Of a stretch of 64,000 nucleotides of DNA, positions 20,637 to 31,582 are shown one piece after another. The stretch's first letter is position 1; every line of letters begins with the position of its first letter. A model generated the notes under the pieces. That model was not told the DNA's origin, did not search any database, and worked only from the letters and a program-made list of their open reading frames with translations. Made by a program: the position numbers and the translations under genes. This DNA comes from Spirochaetia bacterium (GTDB lineage: Bacteria; Spirochaetota; Spirochaetia; SZUA-6; Bin103): positions 672,001 through 736,000 of the forward strand of contig CBDATQ010000001.1 of NCBI GenBank assembly GCA_965199955.1. The letters run 5' to 3'.

Positions 20637-21871
20637 CCCGCTCGCCCGCGGCGCGGGCGCTGATCGCCCTGGCCCTCGCCTGCTTCCTGGGGGCCTGCAC
20701 GGGGTCGTACAGGACGCTCGTCCACGTCGACACCGTCCACGCCGACGTTGCCGCCTACGCGGAGCGCTACAATCTCTCCCAGGATCGGTACCGGGTCGTG
20801 ACCCGCTTCGCCGACGCTCCGGCCGAGTCGCTCGCGCGCGGCGGCAGCGATGCCGACGTTCTGATCGGTCCGGGCCTTGCGGGCCGCGATCTGGCCGAAA
20901 GGCTGCTGCCCCTGGACGGCCTGTTTCGGTCCGGTCTCCTCCGCGCGTCCGCCTTCTTCCCCAGCCTGCTGGAGTCGGGCCGAGCCGACGGCGTCCTCCG
21001 CGCCCTGCCGCTGTCATTCCGCGTTCCGGTGATCGCCGTGCGCGCCGGCCGGGACGATCTTCCATCGTTCTCGGTCACACCGGACGAGTTGGCGGCGCTC
21101 GGTCCGGCATCGAGCAGTTGGAGCGCGGAGCTGGTCTACCACGCGGCCGTGCTCTACGGTGCCGACTTTCGGCGGTTGCCGGGCGGCCGGCTGGGCCTGC
21201 GGAAGGGCGCGGTCGACCGGGCGGTCGATCAGGCGCGCCGGTGGTTTGAAGCGGAGCCGGGCGGGCTTCCATCCGACACGCCCTACGCCAAACCTCGCGG
21301 CGCTCTGCCGCCGGTGCAGATGCTGCTGGACGGACGAATCGAGTTCTTCCTGACCGACCTGCATCGGTTCGTGGACTTTCCTGCCGAGCGCCGCGACCAG
21401 CTCGCCATGCGCTGGTTGGGGAGCGGGGAGGGGTTGCTGGCGGCCGACGACCTGACCTACGCGGCGATCCGTGCCCGGGCGCCCAACGCGCGCGGCGCAC
21501 AGGCGTTCCTGCTCTGGCTGTTCGAGCCTGCCACGCAGGCGGCGCTGCTCGAGCTCGGCCGGCGCGAGCACCTCGCGGGGTTCGGTATCGCCGATGGACT
21601 GCCGGCCCTCGTGGAGTCGGCCCGGCACGACCTGGCCACGCATTATCCGGTGCTGGTCGGGCGCGTCCCGAGCGCGGCCGAGCTCCGCGCTCCGGCGGCG
21701 CCCGGCGCCGACTGGGCACGGCTGCGCGAGGCGGTGGTGCTGCCGTGGCTGCGGGCCGAAACGCGAGGTGCCGAACAGCCGGCATTGGCCGACGCGGTGG
21801 CCGCGTGGCGGCAGCGGCGAACGGACGTGGCGGCGCAGGCGGCCACGGGAAGACCCGGCCCGTCGCGTTGA
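20633..21871 (+). CDS. Lipoprotein, ABC solute-binding-protein-like
   Basis: TTG start overlapping the upstream stop; signal peptide with FLGAC lipobox; DVLIG..., ALPLSF.., AFLLWLF..ATQ pattern; precedes an ABC ATPase. Confidence 0.6.
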   Translation: MTRSPAARALIALALACFLGACTGSYRTLVHVDTVHADVAAYAERYNLSQDRYRVVTRFADAPAESLARGGSDADVLIGPGLAGRDLAERLLPLDGLFRSGLLRASAFFPSLLESGRADGVLRALPLSFRVPVIAVRAGRDDLPSFSVTPDELAALGPASSSWSAELVYHAAVLYGADFRRLPGGRLGLRKGAVDRAVDQARRWFEAEPGGLPSDTPYAKPRGALPPVQMLLDGRIEFFLTDLHRFVDFPAERRDQLAMRWLGSGEGLLAADDLTYAAIRARAPNARGAQAFLLWLFEPATQAALLELGRREHLAGFGIADGLPALVESARHDLATHYPVLVGRVPSAAELRAPAAPGADWARLREAVVLPWLRAETRGAEQPALADAVAAWRQRRTDVAAQAATGRPGPSR

Positions 21872-21896
21872 CACGGGCAAGAACGGCCGGTAGGCT
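21868..21896 (+). promoter_or_regulatory. sigma70-type promoter
   Basis: TTGACA-N17-TAGGCT upstream of the ABC ATPase. Confidence 0.65.
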
Positions 21897-21955
21897 TGCC
21901 GGGTAACATAATCTGCCGGGACCATGGGTCCTCATGCCCGGCCAGGAGAGACACT

Positions 21956-23068
<1,113 letters not shown>

Positions 23069-23099
23069 CGGAAACAGAAAGGAAGGTTAGGGCGAACTC

Positions 23100-25799
23100 A
23101 TGACCAAGCACCCGGTCACCAGGTGGTACCGCCTCGCGATCGCTGCCGTAGTACCGCTGGTGCTTACGGTCTGTTATACGCCGCCCGACGCAATCGATTC
23201 GATTTCCGACCTCGGCAATGTCGAAGTAGAGGTGCCGTCGACGACGGCGCTCGCTGCGGCCGAACCGGTGCCCCCGGTCCGGCCGGAGATGGCGGCTGCG
23301 GCCCTTGCCCAACCGTCCCAGCCCGCTCCGGACGCGGGCCTGATCGGCCCGGACGGCACGGCGACCCTCGCCGCGCGCACGGAGCCGTCACCCCCTCCGC
23401 ATCCGGCAGTACTGGCCGTGGTTCCGATGGGCGAAGTGGGTGTGCCTGGGACGCCGATGGGCGTCGGGCCTGACCAGAGCATGGAGATGGAGCCGACGGC
23501 GCCGGCACACCCGGTGACGCTGGCGGTGGTGCCTGCGGGCGAGCCCGCGGTACCTGGGACGCCGATGGGCGTCGGGCCTGACCAGAGCATGGAGATGGAG
23601 CCGACGGCGCCGGCACACCCGGTGACGCTGGCGGTGGTGCCTGCGGGCGAGCCCGCGGTACCTGGGACGCCGATGGGCGTCGGGCCTGACCAGAGCATGG
23701 AGATGGAGCCGACGGCGCCGGCACACCCGGTGACGCTGGCGGTGGTGCCTGCGGGCGAGCCCGCGGTACCTGGGACGCCGATGGGCGTCGGGCCTGACCA
23801 GAGCATGGAGATGGAGCCGACGGCGCCGGCACACCCGGTGACGCTGGCGGTGGTGCCTGCGGGCGAGCCCGCGGTACCTGGGACGCCGATGGGCGTCGGG
23901 CCTGACCAGAGCATGGAGATGGAGCCGACGGCGCCGGCACACCCGGTGACGCTGGCGGTGGTGCCTGCGGGCGAGCCCGCGGTACCTGGGACGCCGATGG
24001 GCGTCGGGCCTGACCAGAGCATGGAGATGGAGCCGACGGCGCCGGCACACCCGGTGACGCTGGCGATGGTGCCTGCGGGCGAGCCCGCGGTACCTGGGAC
24101 GCCGATGGGCGTTGGGGCCGATGGGACGCCTGATCAGGGCACGGAGATGGAGCCGATGGCGCCGGGTCATCCCGTGATGGTCGCGGGGATGATCGGCGTA
24201 CCGGGCGAGATCGGAGTGCCGGCCGGTGTCGGAGCCGACGGGACGGCGATGCAGGCAGCGTACGTAGCGCCGGTGCGCCCGGGGCATCCGGCGATGGGCG
24301 CCGTCGCCGCGAGCGTGCCCGGCGGGATCGGTGTTCCGCTTGGGGCCGGCACCGGCGAATCACCGCAGCTCGGCGCGCAGATGGAGCCGCCTCGACCGGC
24401 GCATCCGGAGGCGCCGGCAGCGTCGCTGATGGCCGCGCTGGCCGAACCGGCAGCACCCTTGGGCGCCGACGGAGCGGACGCGGTGCGTGACCGCGCTGGA
24501 GTCGAGCCGCCGGCGGCGCCACTGCATCCCGCGATGGACTGGTCGGTGCCCGCGGTGGCGGCGCAACCGGCGCCTGCGGGCGCGGCGGGACCGTCGGTCA
24601 TCACGGGTCCGACCGACGCCGACTTCGATCGGGTGCGCGTGCTCATCGCGCGTGCCGAAGAGGTCGACGCCGACTTCTACGACCCGCAGAACCTGAACGC
24701 GGCGCGCGACGCCCTGGCCCTCGCCGAACGCATTCGTGCGTCCGATCCGGTCGGATCGCACGTGGCGTTGGCGGTGGCCGAAGCGCGGGCGACGGAAGCG
24801 TTCGAGAGCGCGGTGCGGCTGACCGCGGAGCGGCTGCGCAAGCTGCTGGCGCAACGCCTCGAGGAGTTGCGGGAGATCCAGGCGGATCTCTGGGTGCCGG
24901 TATCCTTCCAGGAGATGGTCGACGCCGTGCAGCGCGTCGAAGAGCTGTTCGCAGCGGGCGACCTGTTCGGTGCGTACGAGCTGGCGCTGGCGACCGCGGA
25001 CGACATGCTCACGTTGCGCGATTCACTGCTCGATCGGCTCGAGCTGTTGTACGGCGCACGGGCGGAGACTGAGCGCTGCCTTGCGGCGGCCCAGAACCTG
25101 GACACGAGCACCTGGACCGCATCCAGGCTTGCGGAGTTGCAGTCGCTGTACGATCAGCTCAACGCGCTCTACCTGGTTGGTCTTGAAGCCATGCAGAGCT
25201 ACCGGCTGGCCGACGCCGAAGAGGCGTTCGGCGCCGCGGTAGAGGTGTGCCGCAGGCTGATGGCGGTGGCCGACGACGCCTACATGGACCTGAGGGACCA
25301 GGCCGCCGCGCTGATGAAGGCGGTGATGGAAGAGATCGAGGAAGCGTCGGCGCTGCACGTGATCACCGAAACGGGCGACGTGATCAGGCCGCAGCCGTGG
25401 AACGGCCAGGAGGTGCTGGACCAGCTCCGCGCCGGCGGCGCGCAACGCGACGCGCTCCTCGACGGGATCGGTCGCGAGGGCCAGAACGACCTGCAAACGG
25501 CGCAGGGGCTCTGGATGGAAGGAGTGGTCGAGTTCGACGACGAGAAGTACGGACAGGCCATCAGCCTCTTCGAGGACGCGCGACGCTACCTGGAGCGCTA
25601 CAAGTTCTACGTGGTGCTCGGCATCCATACCGTGCGGTTGATACCGGAGCGGCGCGAGAGCCTGTGGCGCATCGCGGAGTACCCGCAGTGGTACAGCGAT
25701 CCGTTCCTGTGGCCGAGGATCTGGCGGCGCAACCGTGACCTGATCCAGAACCCCGACCTGATCTATCCGGGCTGGCAGTTGATCATCCCGGCAATCTGA
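23100..25799 (+). CDS. Putative lipoprotein with Pro-rich tandem repeats, helical core and C-terminal LysM-like domain
   Basis: Signal peptide ending LTVC; C-terminal ESLWRIAEYPQWYSDPFLWPRIWRRNRDLIQNPDLIYPGWQLIIP. Confidence 0.8.
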   Translation: MTKHPVTRWYRLAIAAVVPLVLTVCYTPPDAIDSISDLGNVEVEVPSTTALAAAEPVPPVRPEMAAAALAQPSQPAPDAGLIGPDGTATLAARTEPSPPPHPAVLAVVPMGEVGVPGTPMGVGPDQSMEMEPTAPAHPVTLAVVPAGEPAVPGTPMGVGPDQSMEMEPTAPAHPVTLAVVPAGEPAVPGTPMGVGPDQSMEMEPTAPAHPVTLAVVPAGEPAVPGTPMGVGPDQSMEMEPTAPAHPVTLAVVPAGEPAVPGTPMGVGPDQSMEMEPTAPAHPVTLAVVPAGEPAVPGTPMGVGPDQSMEMEPTAPAHPVTLAMVPAGEPAVPGTPMGVGADGTPDQGTEMEPMAPGHPVMVAGMIGVPGEIGVPAGVGADGTAMQAAYVAPVRPGHPAMGAVAASVPGGIGVPLGAGTGESPQLGAQMEPPRPAHPEAPAASLMAALAEPAAPLGADGADAVRDRAGVEPPAAPLHPAMDWSVPAVAAQPAPAGAAGPSVITGPTDADFDRVRVLIARAEEVDADFYDPQNLNAARDALALAERIRASDPVGSHVALAVAEARATEAFESAVRLTAERLRKLLAQRLEELREIQADLWVPVSFQEMVDAVQRVEELFAAGDLFGAYELALATADDMLTLRDSLLDRLELLYGARAETERCLAAAQNLDTSTWTASRLAELQSLYDQLNALYLVGLEAMQSYRLADAEEAFGAAVEVCRRLMAVADDAYMDLRDQAAALMKAVMEEIEEASALHVITETGDVIRPQPWNGQEVLDQLRAGGAQRDALLDGIGREGQNDLQTAQGLWMEGVVEFDDEKYGQAISLFEDARRYLERYKFYVVLGIHTVRLIPERRESLWRIAEYPQWYSDPFLWPRIWRRNRDLIQNPDLIYPGWQLIIPAI
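23445..24110 (+). repeat. In-frame 108-bp tandem repeat, 6 full copies plus a partial seventh
   Basis: Units start at 23445, 23553, 23661, 23769, 23877, 23985 and 24093 (partial), encoding PGTPMGVGPDQSMEMEPTAPAHPVTLAVVPAGEPAV; one G>A change at 24066. Confidence 0.97.
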
Positions 25800-25846
25800 G
25801 CCACGGAGGGGTTGCCAGGCTCTGCCTGGCACTGACAGAGCCCACG

Positions 25847-27301
25847 TTGGCGCGCGCGGCCGAATTGGCGCGCGCCAACGCGGCGCAAATCGACCTTGTC
25901 GAGTTGCGGGCCGACTTCCTGGACGACGGGGAATTGGCCCTGCTCTCCAGATTCCCGGCGATGGTCGGGATGCCGGCCATCCTCACCATCCGGCGAACTG
26001 TCGAAGGCGGCAGGTTCCCCAAGGACGAGCGATCACGCCGGAGCCTGATCGGTGCCGCCGCCGGCGCGTACCGTTACGTTGACCTGGAGTCCGATGTGGA
26101 CCGCTCGTTCGATGAGCTGGTACCCGCGGGCACCAAGGTGATCCGGTCCCTGCACGACACCACCGGCGTTCCGGACCGGATCGAACGGGTGATGCGCGAC
26201 CTTCCCCGCACGGGGCGAGAGATCGCCAAGGCGGCCGTGACGCCGCGCACGGGCAGCGAGATGGTGGACCTGTTCGAGTGCGCGCGGCGGTTGGGAGCAC
26301 CGTCCCCGGACACTCCTGCACGTATCTTGCTGGGCATGGGACGGTTCGGGCTCCCTACCCGGATTCTGGCGGCCCACCTGGGCAACTTCCTCACGTTCTG
26401 TTCGCGTGCAGGACGCTCCGCGGCTCCCGGCCACCTCGACCCGGAGACCATGATCGAGCTCTACCGGTTTCCCTCCATCCATGCGGGCACGCGCGTCCTG
26501 GGAGTGATCGGCACGCCGCTGTCACATTCGCGGTCGCCGCACATCCACAACCCGGCGCTCGCCGCGTCGGGGGTCGACGCCGTCTACGTGCCGATCGAGC
26601 TGGACGATCTGTCGGAGCTGGAGCGCCTGGCGCGGCTCCTGCCGCTTGACGGCTGTTCGGTGACCATTCCGCACAAGGGCGATGCCGCCCGCGTGTCGGA
26701 CGCCGCGCCGATGGTGCGGCGGGTGGGCGCGTGCAACACGCTGGTGCGAACCCGCACGGGGTGGCGCGGCGAGAATACCGACGTCCACGGCTTCCTGGCG
26801 CCGCTCCGCGAACGGTCGATCGTTCCCCGTCGCGCGACCGTTATCGGCGCCGGCGGGGCGGCACGGGCAGTCGCGTTCGCGCTGCGCTCGCTCGGTACCG
26901 AGGTGTTGATTCTCAACCGGACCGAGCAGCGCGCGCAGTCCCTGGCGCGAGACTGCGGCGGGACGGCAGGCGCTCTGGATGCCGCGGGGCTGGCGCGGGT
27001 GTCCGGGCACAGCGAGTTGATCGTCCAGACCACGAGCGTGGGGCTGCCCGACAATCCCGGCGATCCGTTGGCGGCGTACTCCTTTCGTGGACATGAGCTG
27101 GTCTATGATCTGGTCTACGGCGAGGGGCTGACGCCGATACTCGGGCGAGCTCGTGAGGCGGGATGCGCGGTCATTGACGGCGGCCGGATGCTGGCCGAGC
27201 AGGCGTACGAGCAGTTTCGCCTGTTCACCGGCCGTGCGTTTCCCGACAGCGCGAAGCTTCCGGCGGAGCCTTCCGCGAGCGCCGCGACCCGCGACCGCTG
27301 A
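25847..27301 (+). CDS. aroDE: Fused type I 3-dehydroquinate dehydratase / shikimate dehydrogenase (AroD-AroE)
   Basis: DLVELRADF, IRSLHD, APGHL; then HSRSPHIHN, SVTIPHK, CNTL, NTDVHGF, GAGGAARA, DLVY. True start may lie slightly upstream. Confidence 0.9.
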   Translation: MARAAELARANAAQIDLVELRADFLDDGELALLSRFPAMVGMPAILTIRRTVEGGRFPKDERSRRSLIGAAAGAYRYVDLESDVDRSFDELVPAGTKVIRSLHDTTGVPDRIERVMRDLPRTGREIAKAAVTPRTGSEMVDLFECARRLGAPSPDTPARILLGMGRFGLPTRILAAHLGNFLTFCSRAGRSAAPGHLDPETMIELYRFPSIHAGTRVLGVIGTPLSHSRSPHIHNPALAASGVDAVYVPIELDDLSELERLARLLPLDGCSVTIPHKGDAARVSDAAPMVRRVGACNTLVRTRTGWRGENTDVHGFLAPLRERSIVPRRATVIGAGGAARAVAFALRSLGTEVLILNRTEQRAQSLARDCGGTAGALDAAGLARVSGHSELIVQTTSVGLPDNPGDPLAAYSFRGHELVYDLVYGEGLTPILGRAREAGCAVIDGGRMLAEQAYEQFRLFTGRAFPDSAKLPAEPSASAATRDR

Positions 27302-27318
27302 CCGACCGGTCGTTCCCG

Positions 27319-27897
27319 ATGGTGGTAGGAGTCGCCGGCAAGCTCGGCTCCGGCAAGAGTTCCGTCGCGGGCTTGCTTGGGGATGCCGGCTGGCGCGTGA
27401 TCGACGTCGACCTGTTGGGACACCGGGCGCTGGTCACGGAACGCGACCGCATCGTCGACGTGTTTGGCCGGGGCGTCCTGGATTCCGAGGGATGGATCGA
27501 TCGCCGGCGCCTGGGGCCGTTGGTGTTCGCCAACGCGGATGCCAGGCGCCGCCTGGACGTGATCGTCCATCCCGTGATGGTGCGCAGCGTGAAGACCCTG
27601 GTGGAGGCCGATCCGAGCCGAACCGCCATCGACGCGGCACTGTTGAATCCCATGGGGCTCGACGCGCTCTGCGATCTCGTGCTGTGGGTGCACGCTCCGT
27701 TGCTGCTCCGCCTGTACCGCGTGCTGGTGGTCGACCGGAAACCGAGGGCCACCGTGCTCGGGGCCATGTGGGCCCAACGCGGCCGGCGGCTCAAGCGTCC
27801 CGTGGGGGGCGTCGATACACGTAGAGTCTCGCGTCGCACCATCTACAACGGGGCGACGCGAGGGATACTCCGGCGCCAGATCGAGCTCATCCTCTAG
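27319..27897 (+). CDS. coaE: Dephospho-CoA kinase
   Basis: VGVAGKLGSGKS, IDVDLLGH, IDRRRLGPLVF, IVHP, IDAALL. Confidence 0.85.
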   Translation: MVVGVAGKLGSGKSSVAGLLGDAGWRVIDVDLLGHRALVTERDRIVDVFGRGVLDSEGWIDRRRLGPLVFANADARRRLDVIVHPVMVRSVKTLVEADPSRTAIDAALLNPMGLDALCDLVLWVHAPLLLRLYRVLVVDRKPRATVLGAMWAQRGRRLKRPVGGVDTRRVSRRTIYNGATRGILRRQIELIL

Positions 27898-27921
27898 CGC
27901 CGGCGACGATGGAGGCAACGC

Positions 27922-28596
27922 ATGAACAGGCAAGCGGCTGATACACAACGGATTCTCTGGGCGGTCGTGGCTGTCAGCCTTCTGGTCATCATCGTGCTGG
28001 CCGGGGGACTCTACTTCCTCCGGCCGCGCGGCGCGGAGGCGACCGAAGTCGCGGTGACCGAACCCGACGAGTCCGCGTTCGATCCGTTCGAGTACGTACG
28101 AAGCGACCAGGAGACCCCGGGACTGCAGGAGACGACGGAGTCCCCGCGGCAGGTAACGCTGGTGGTGGGCGACGTCCAGTCGCAGGCATCGAGCGAGTCA
28201 CCGATGACAGGCCCGGCTTCAACGCCGCAGACTTCGCAGACTGCGCCGACTCCCGCCGTGGTGACGCCGGCAACGGTGACGCAGTCGCCGGCGTCCGTCT
28301 CTCGAGCCCCGGTCCCGGCAGCGCCTCCCGCCGCACCCGCGCCGCGGGCAACCGGCGACTTCCAATACTGGATTCAGGTCGGCTCGTTTTCCTCCCGATC
28401 ACGAGCCGACGACCTGCACAACCTGTTGGCCGACCTGGGCTATGCCGGACGCATCACCGCCCACGACACCGACGGCGTCACCATGCACCGGGTGCGGATC
28501 GGCCCGATAGGATCTCGTCCGGAAGCCGACCTGATGCTTGGAAAACTGCGGACTACCAACGAGATGGACGGCTGGATCGCGCAGGTGAGAGGTTAG
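27922..28596 (+). CDS. SPOR domain membrane protein (FtsN/DedD-like)
   Basis: N-terminal TM helix, Pro/Thr linker, YWIQVGSFSS...HRVRIGP. Confidence 0.85.
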   Translation: MNRQAADTQRILWAVVAVSLLVIIVLAGGLYFLRPRGAEATEVAVTEPDESAFDPFEYVRSDQETPGLQETTESPRQVTLVVGDVQSQASSESPMTGPASTPQTSQTAPTPAVVTPATVTQSPASVSRAPVPAAPPAAPAPRATGDFQYWIQVGSFSSRSRADDLHNLLADLGYAGRITAHDTDGVTMHRVRIGPIGSRPEADLMLGKLRTTNEMDGWIAQVRG

Positions 28597-28659
28597 GCGG
28601 CTTGGCAAGCGTGCTGCACCGGCGTCCAGGCCCGGCGCAAGCATCGGATGAGAACGGAT

Positions 28660-28688
28660 TTGCCAATCCGGATGGCGGCGGCTATGGT
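28660..28688 (+). promoter_or_regulatory. sigma70-type promoter, leaderless spacing
   Basis: TTGCCA-N17-TATGGT, then 8 nt to ATG 28697. Confidence 0.6.
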
Positions 28689-28696
28689 GTATCGAT

Positions 28697-29206
28697 ATGG
28701 CACTGCTGCCGGTGATCGCGGAACGGCGTAGCTGTCTGCGCTTCGACGGGCGGGTTGTCGCCACCGCCAAGCTCGACCAGATCATCGAAGCGGGGCGTCG
28801 GGCGCCTTCGGCGAAGAACCGGCAGGAGTGGCGCTTCATCGTCATACGCAAGCCCGACCTCCGCGACAAGGTCGCGGCGGCGGCGTTCCGTGAGCAGAAC
28901 GTGGGCACGGCCCCCGTGGTGATCGCCGCGTGCACGACGAACGTCGACTACATGATGCCCAACGGGCAGTGCTCGCACCCGATCGATCTGGCGGTAGCCG
29001 CCACGTTCATGGCGCTGCAGGCAGAGGAAGAAGGCCTGCAGAGCTGTTTCATCACGACGTTCGACGAGCAGGAGGTCAAGGACCTGCTGAGCGTGCCGCA
29101 TCGCATGCGGGTGGTGCTGTTGCTGGTGCTGGGCTACGCGGCGGAAGCGACGCCGCGGCACCCTCGCAAACCGCTCCAGCAGATCGTCTCCTACGACCAC
29201 TGGTGA
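28697..29206 (+). CDS. Nitroreductase family protein
   Basis: RRSCLRF, APSAKNRQEWRFIV, DLAVAATFMALQA.EEGL.SC. Confidence 0.88.
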   Translation: MALLPVIAERRSCLRFDGRVVATAKLDQIIEAGRRAPSAKNRQEWRFIVIRKPDLRDKVAAAAFREQNVGTAPVVIAACTTNVDYMMPNGQCSHPIDLAVAATFMALQAEEEGLQSCFITTFDEQEVKDLLSVPHRMRVVLLLVLGYAAEATPRHPRKPLQQIVSYDHW

Positions 29207-29246
29207 GAATCGGGCTCCACGCCAGCTCCGTTCCCACGCCGATGGC

Positions 29247-30323
29247 ATGAGCGCCTACCTGCAGGCGCCGCGCGCGGGCGGCGGACTGCTATTCGGACGG
29301 GCCACCGCCCGCCGCCGGCTGCGCGAGGGGCTGCTTGATCTGTTCGCCCTGTGGGGATACCGGCTCGTGGAGACGCCGGTGTTCGACTATTTCGAAGCGT
29401 TCCGGCCCGTGCTCGACCCCGAGATGCTGGAGCGGGTGTACCGGCTGATCGATCGCGACGGGGAGCTGCTGCTGGTCCGCTCAGACGTCACGCTGTTCGC
29501 GGCCCGACTGGCGGCACGCACCATGCCCCGCGCCGAGCTGCCGCTGCGGCTGTGCTACGCGGATTCGGTCGTCCGGCACGAGGATGCCGAGAGCATCTCC
29601 CACAACGAGTCGTATCAGGTGGGCGCCGAGCTGATCGGCCGATCCGGCGTGGACGCCGACACCGAGATCATCGCGCTGTGCCTGCGTGCGCTGGAGCACG
29701 CCGGCGTCCGCGGCGTGGCGTTGCATGTCGGATCGCGCGCCGTGTTCGACGGCTGCTACGCGGAGGTGCCTGAAGACGTTTTCGTCGAGCTTCGCGGAGC
29801 AATCCGCGACCGGGAGTGGGCCGCGCTACGGCAGTGTTCGTCCGCGGCCGGCGTGGCACATGCGGACGCGCTCGCGGAGCTGTTCGCGATGATCGGCGAC
29901 GTCCGGGAGCTCGAGGACCGGGTCGCCGAGCTCGGAGACCGCCTGCCGGACGCCGCACGCAAGGCGGTCGCCCACTTGGTGGTGGTGGCCGATGCGCTCG
30001 GCACGCTGGATTTGCCCCCCGTCCGACTGGATCTTTCGGAGCTGGGCGCCCAGTCCTACTACTCCGGGATCGTCATGTCGGCCTACGTCGCCGGCGCAGG
30101 CGGCCCGGTCGCCGTCGGTGGCCGCTACGACGGTCTGCTCGGGCGATTCGGGGGCGAGTGTCCATCAACCGGGTTCGCGCTGCTGCTCGGACGTGTGGAG
30201 AGGCACGCGCGCCGCGTCGAGGTCACGGCCGAGGAGCCCGTGGACCTGAGCGGCAGCCCGTTCACGGCCACCTACCGGCGGGCCGAGGCGTTGCGCGCGC
30301 GTGGACGCGCCGCGATCCAGTAG
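29247..30323 (+). CDS. hisZ: ATP phosphoribosyltransferase regulatory subunit
   Basis: HisRS-like motifs (WGYRLVETPVF, RSDVT, QVGAELIG, YYSG, GGRYDGL); upstream of a short hisG. Confidence 0.88.
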   Translation: MSAYLQAPRAGGGLLFGRATARRRLREGLLDLFALWGYRLVETPVFDYFEAFRPVLDPEMLERVYRLIDRDGELLLVRSDVTLFAARLAARTMPRAELPLRLCYADSVVRHEDAESISHNESYQVGAELIGRSGVDADTEIIALCLRALEHAGVRGVALHVGSRAVFDGCYAEVPEDVFVELRGAIRDREWAALRQCSSAAGVAHADALAELFAMIGDVRELEDRVAELGDRLPDAARKAVAHLVVVADALGTLDLPPVRLDLSELGAQSYYSGIVMSAYVAGAGGPVAVGGRYDGLLGRFGGECPSTGFALLLGRVERHARRVEVTAEEPVDLSGSPFTATYRRAEALRARGRAAIQ

Positions 30324-30327
30324 GGCC

Positions 30328-30972
30328 GTGCCGGACGCCGGCGGCGAGCCCGCGCTGAGCATCGCCCTGCCGAAGACTGACCGGCTGCTGGCGGCGATAC
30401 TGGAACGTTTCAAGGCGGTGGGCCACGAGCTGGCGTTCGGCCCGCGTGAGCTGATGGCCGAGGACAAGAGCGGACGAATGCGGGCGATGCTGGTGCGCAA
30501 CCATGACCTGCCCATCTACGTCGATCACGGGATCGTCGGCTTGGGGATCTGCGGCAGCGACGTGATCGGCGAGGCGGACGGCCGTTTCCTGCGCCTGCAC
30601 CGCTTCGACTTTCGTGGCGGCATGTTCTGCCTGGCCGCCGCGCGCGGCAGCACGCTGGAGCGGATCCTCGCCGATGGCAGCGAGTTGACGATCGCCACCT
30701 CGTATCCGCGTTTCGCCCGCGGGTACTTCAGCCGCCGGGGGGTACCCACGCAGATCATCCGGCTGACCGGGTCGGTGGAGTTGGCGCCCGTCCTGGGGTT
30801 GGCTCCCTGCATCGTCGACATCGTCGAGACCGGGGCCACGCTGGCGGCGCAGGGGCTGGAGGTCATCGAGCGGATGGAGCCGACGGCGGTCTACTTGATC
30901 GCCAACCCCGCCTACTATAAGTTGCGGTTTCGTGCGGTCGACCGGCTGGTGAGCCGGCTGGCCGCGCGCTGA
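30328..30972 (+). CDS. hisG: ATP phosphoribosyltransferase, short form
   Basis: IALPK, IATSYP, GSVELAP, IVDIVETGATL; no C-terminal regulatory domain. Start is 30301 or 30328. Confidence 0.92.
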   Translation: MPDAGGEPALSIALPKTDRLLAAILERFKAVGHELAFGPRELMAEDKSGRMRAMLVRNHDLPIYVDHGIVGLGICGSDVIGEADGRFLRLHRFDFRGGMFCLAAARGSTLERILADGSELTIATSYPRFARGYFSRRGVPTQIIRLTGSVELAPVLGLAPCIVDIVETGATLAAQGLEVIERMEPTAVYLIANPAYYKLRFRAVDRLVSRLAAR

Positions 30973-30976
30973 TCCG

Positions 30977-31582
30977 ATGGCCGCCCGGCAGTACTCCTTC
31001 GAACGCAGCACCAGGGAGACGGAGGTGGCGGTGCGCCTGGACCTGGACCCCACGGATGCGGGGAGCGTCCCGGTGGTCGAGGTGTCCACCGGGGTGCCGT
31101 TCTTCGATCACATGCTGCACGCGATGGGGTTTCACGGCGGCTTGGGCCTGCAGATCACGGCGTCCGGAGACCTGGAGGTGGATGCCCACCACGTCGTGGA
31201 GGATGTGGGCATCGTGCTGGGCGAATGCCTGTTCCGGGCGATGGATCAAGGCACGCCGCTCACCCGCTTCGGGCATGCGGTGGTGCCGATGGACGATGCC
31301 TTGGCGGAGGTGACCGTCGATGCCGGCGGCCGCTCCCACTGCCGGTTCGACGCGGCGTTTCCTCAGGAACGAGCGGGTGACTTCGATGTCTGGCTGCTGT
31401 GCGAGTTCTTCACGGCCCTGGCCGGGCGGGCGCGCATCAACGTCCATGCTGCGGCCAGGTACGGCGACAACTCCCACCACATGGCCGAAGCGTTGTGCAA
31501 GGCGCTGGGCCGCGCCCTGGGCCAGGCATTCCGGACGGCTCCGGGACGGGAGCCGCGCTCCACGAAGGGCCGGGTCGTCTAG
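30977..31582 (+). CDS. hisB: Imidazoleglycerol-phosphate dehydratase
   Basis: RSTRETEV, FFDHML, DAHHVVED, PMDDAL, NSHHMAEA, STKG. Confidence 0.95.
   Translation: MAARQYSFERSTRETEVAVRLDLDPTDAGSVPVVEVSTGVPFFDHMLHAMGFHGGLGLQITASGDLEVDAHHVVEDVGIVLGECLFRAMDQGTPLTRFGHAVVPMDDALAEVTVDAGGRSHCRFDAAFPQERAGDFDVWLLCEFFTALAGRARINVHAAARYGDNSHHMAEALCKALGRALGQAFRTAPGREPRSTKGRVV

Noticed and set aside
23445..24110. 108-bp repeats as a CRISPR array
   Set aside because: No unique spacers; unit length is a multiple of 3 inside an ORF; no cas genes.
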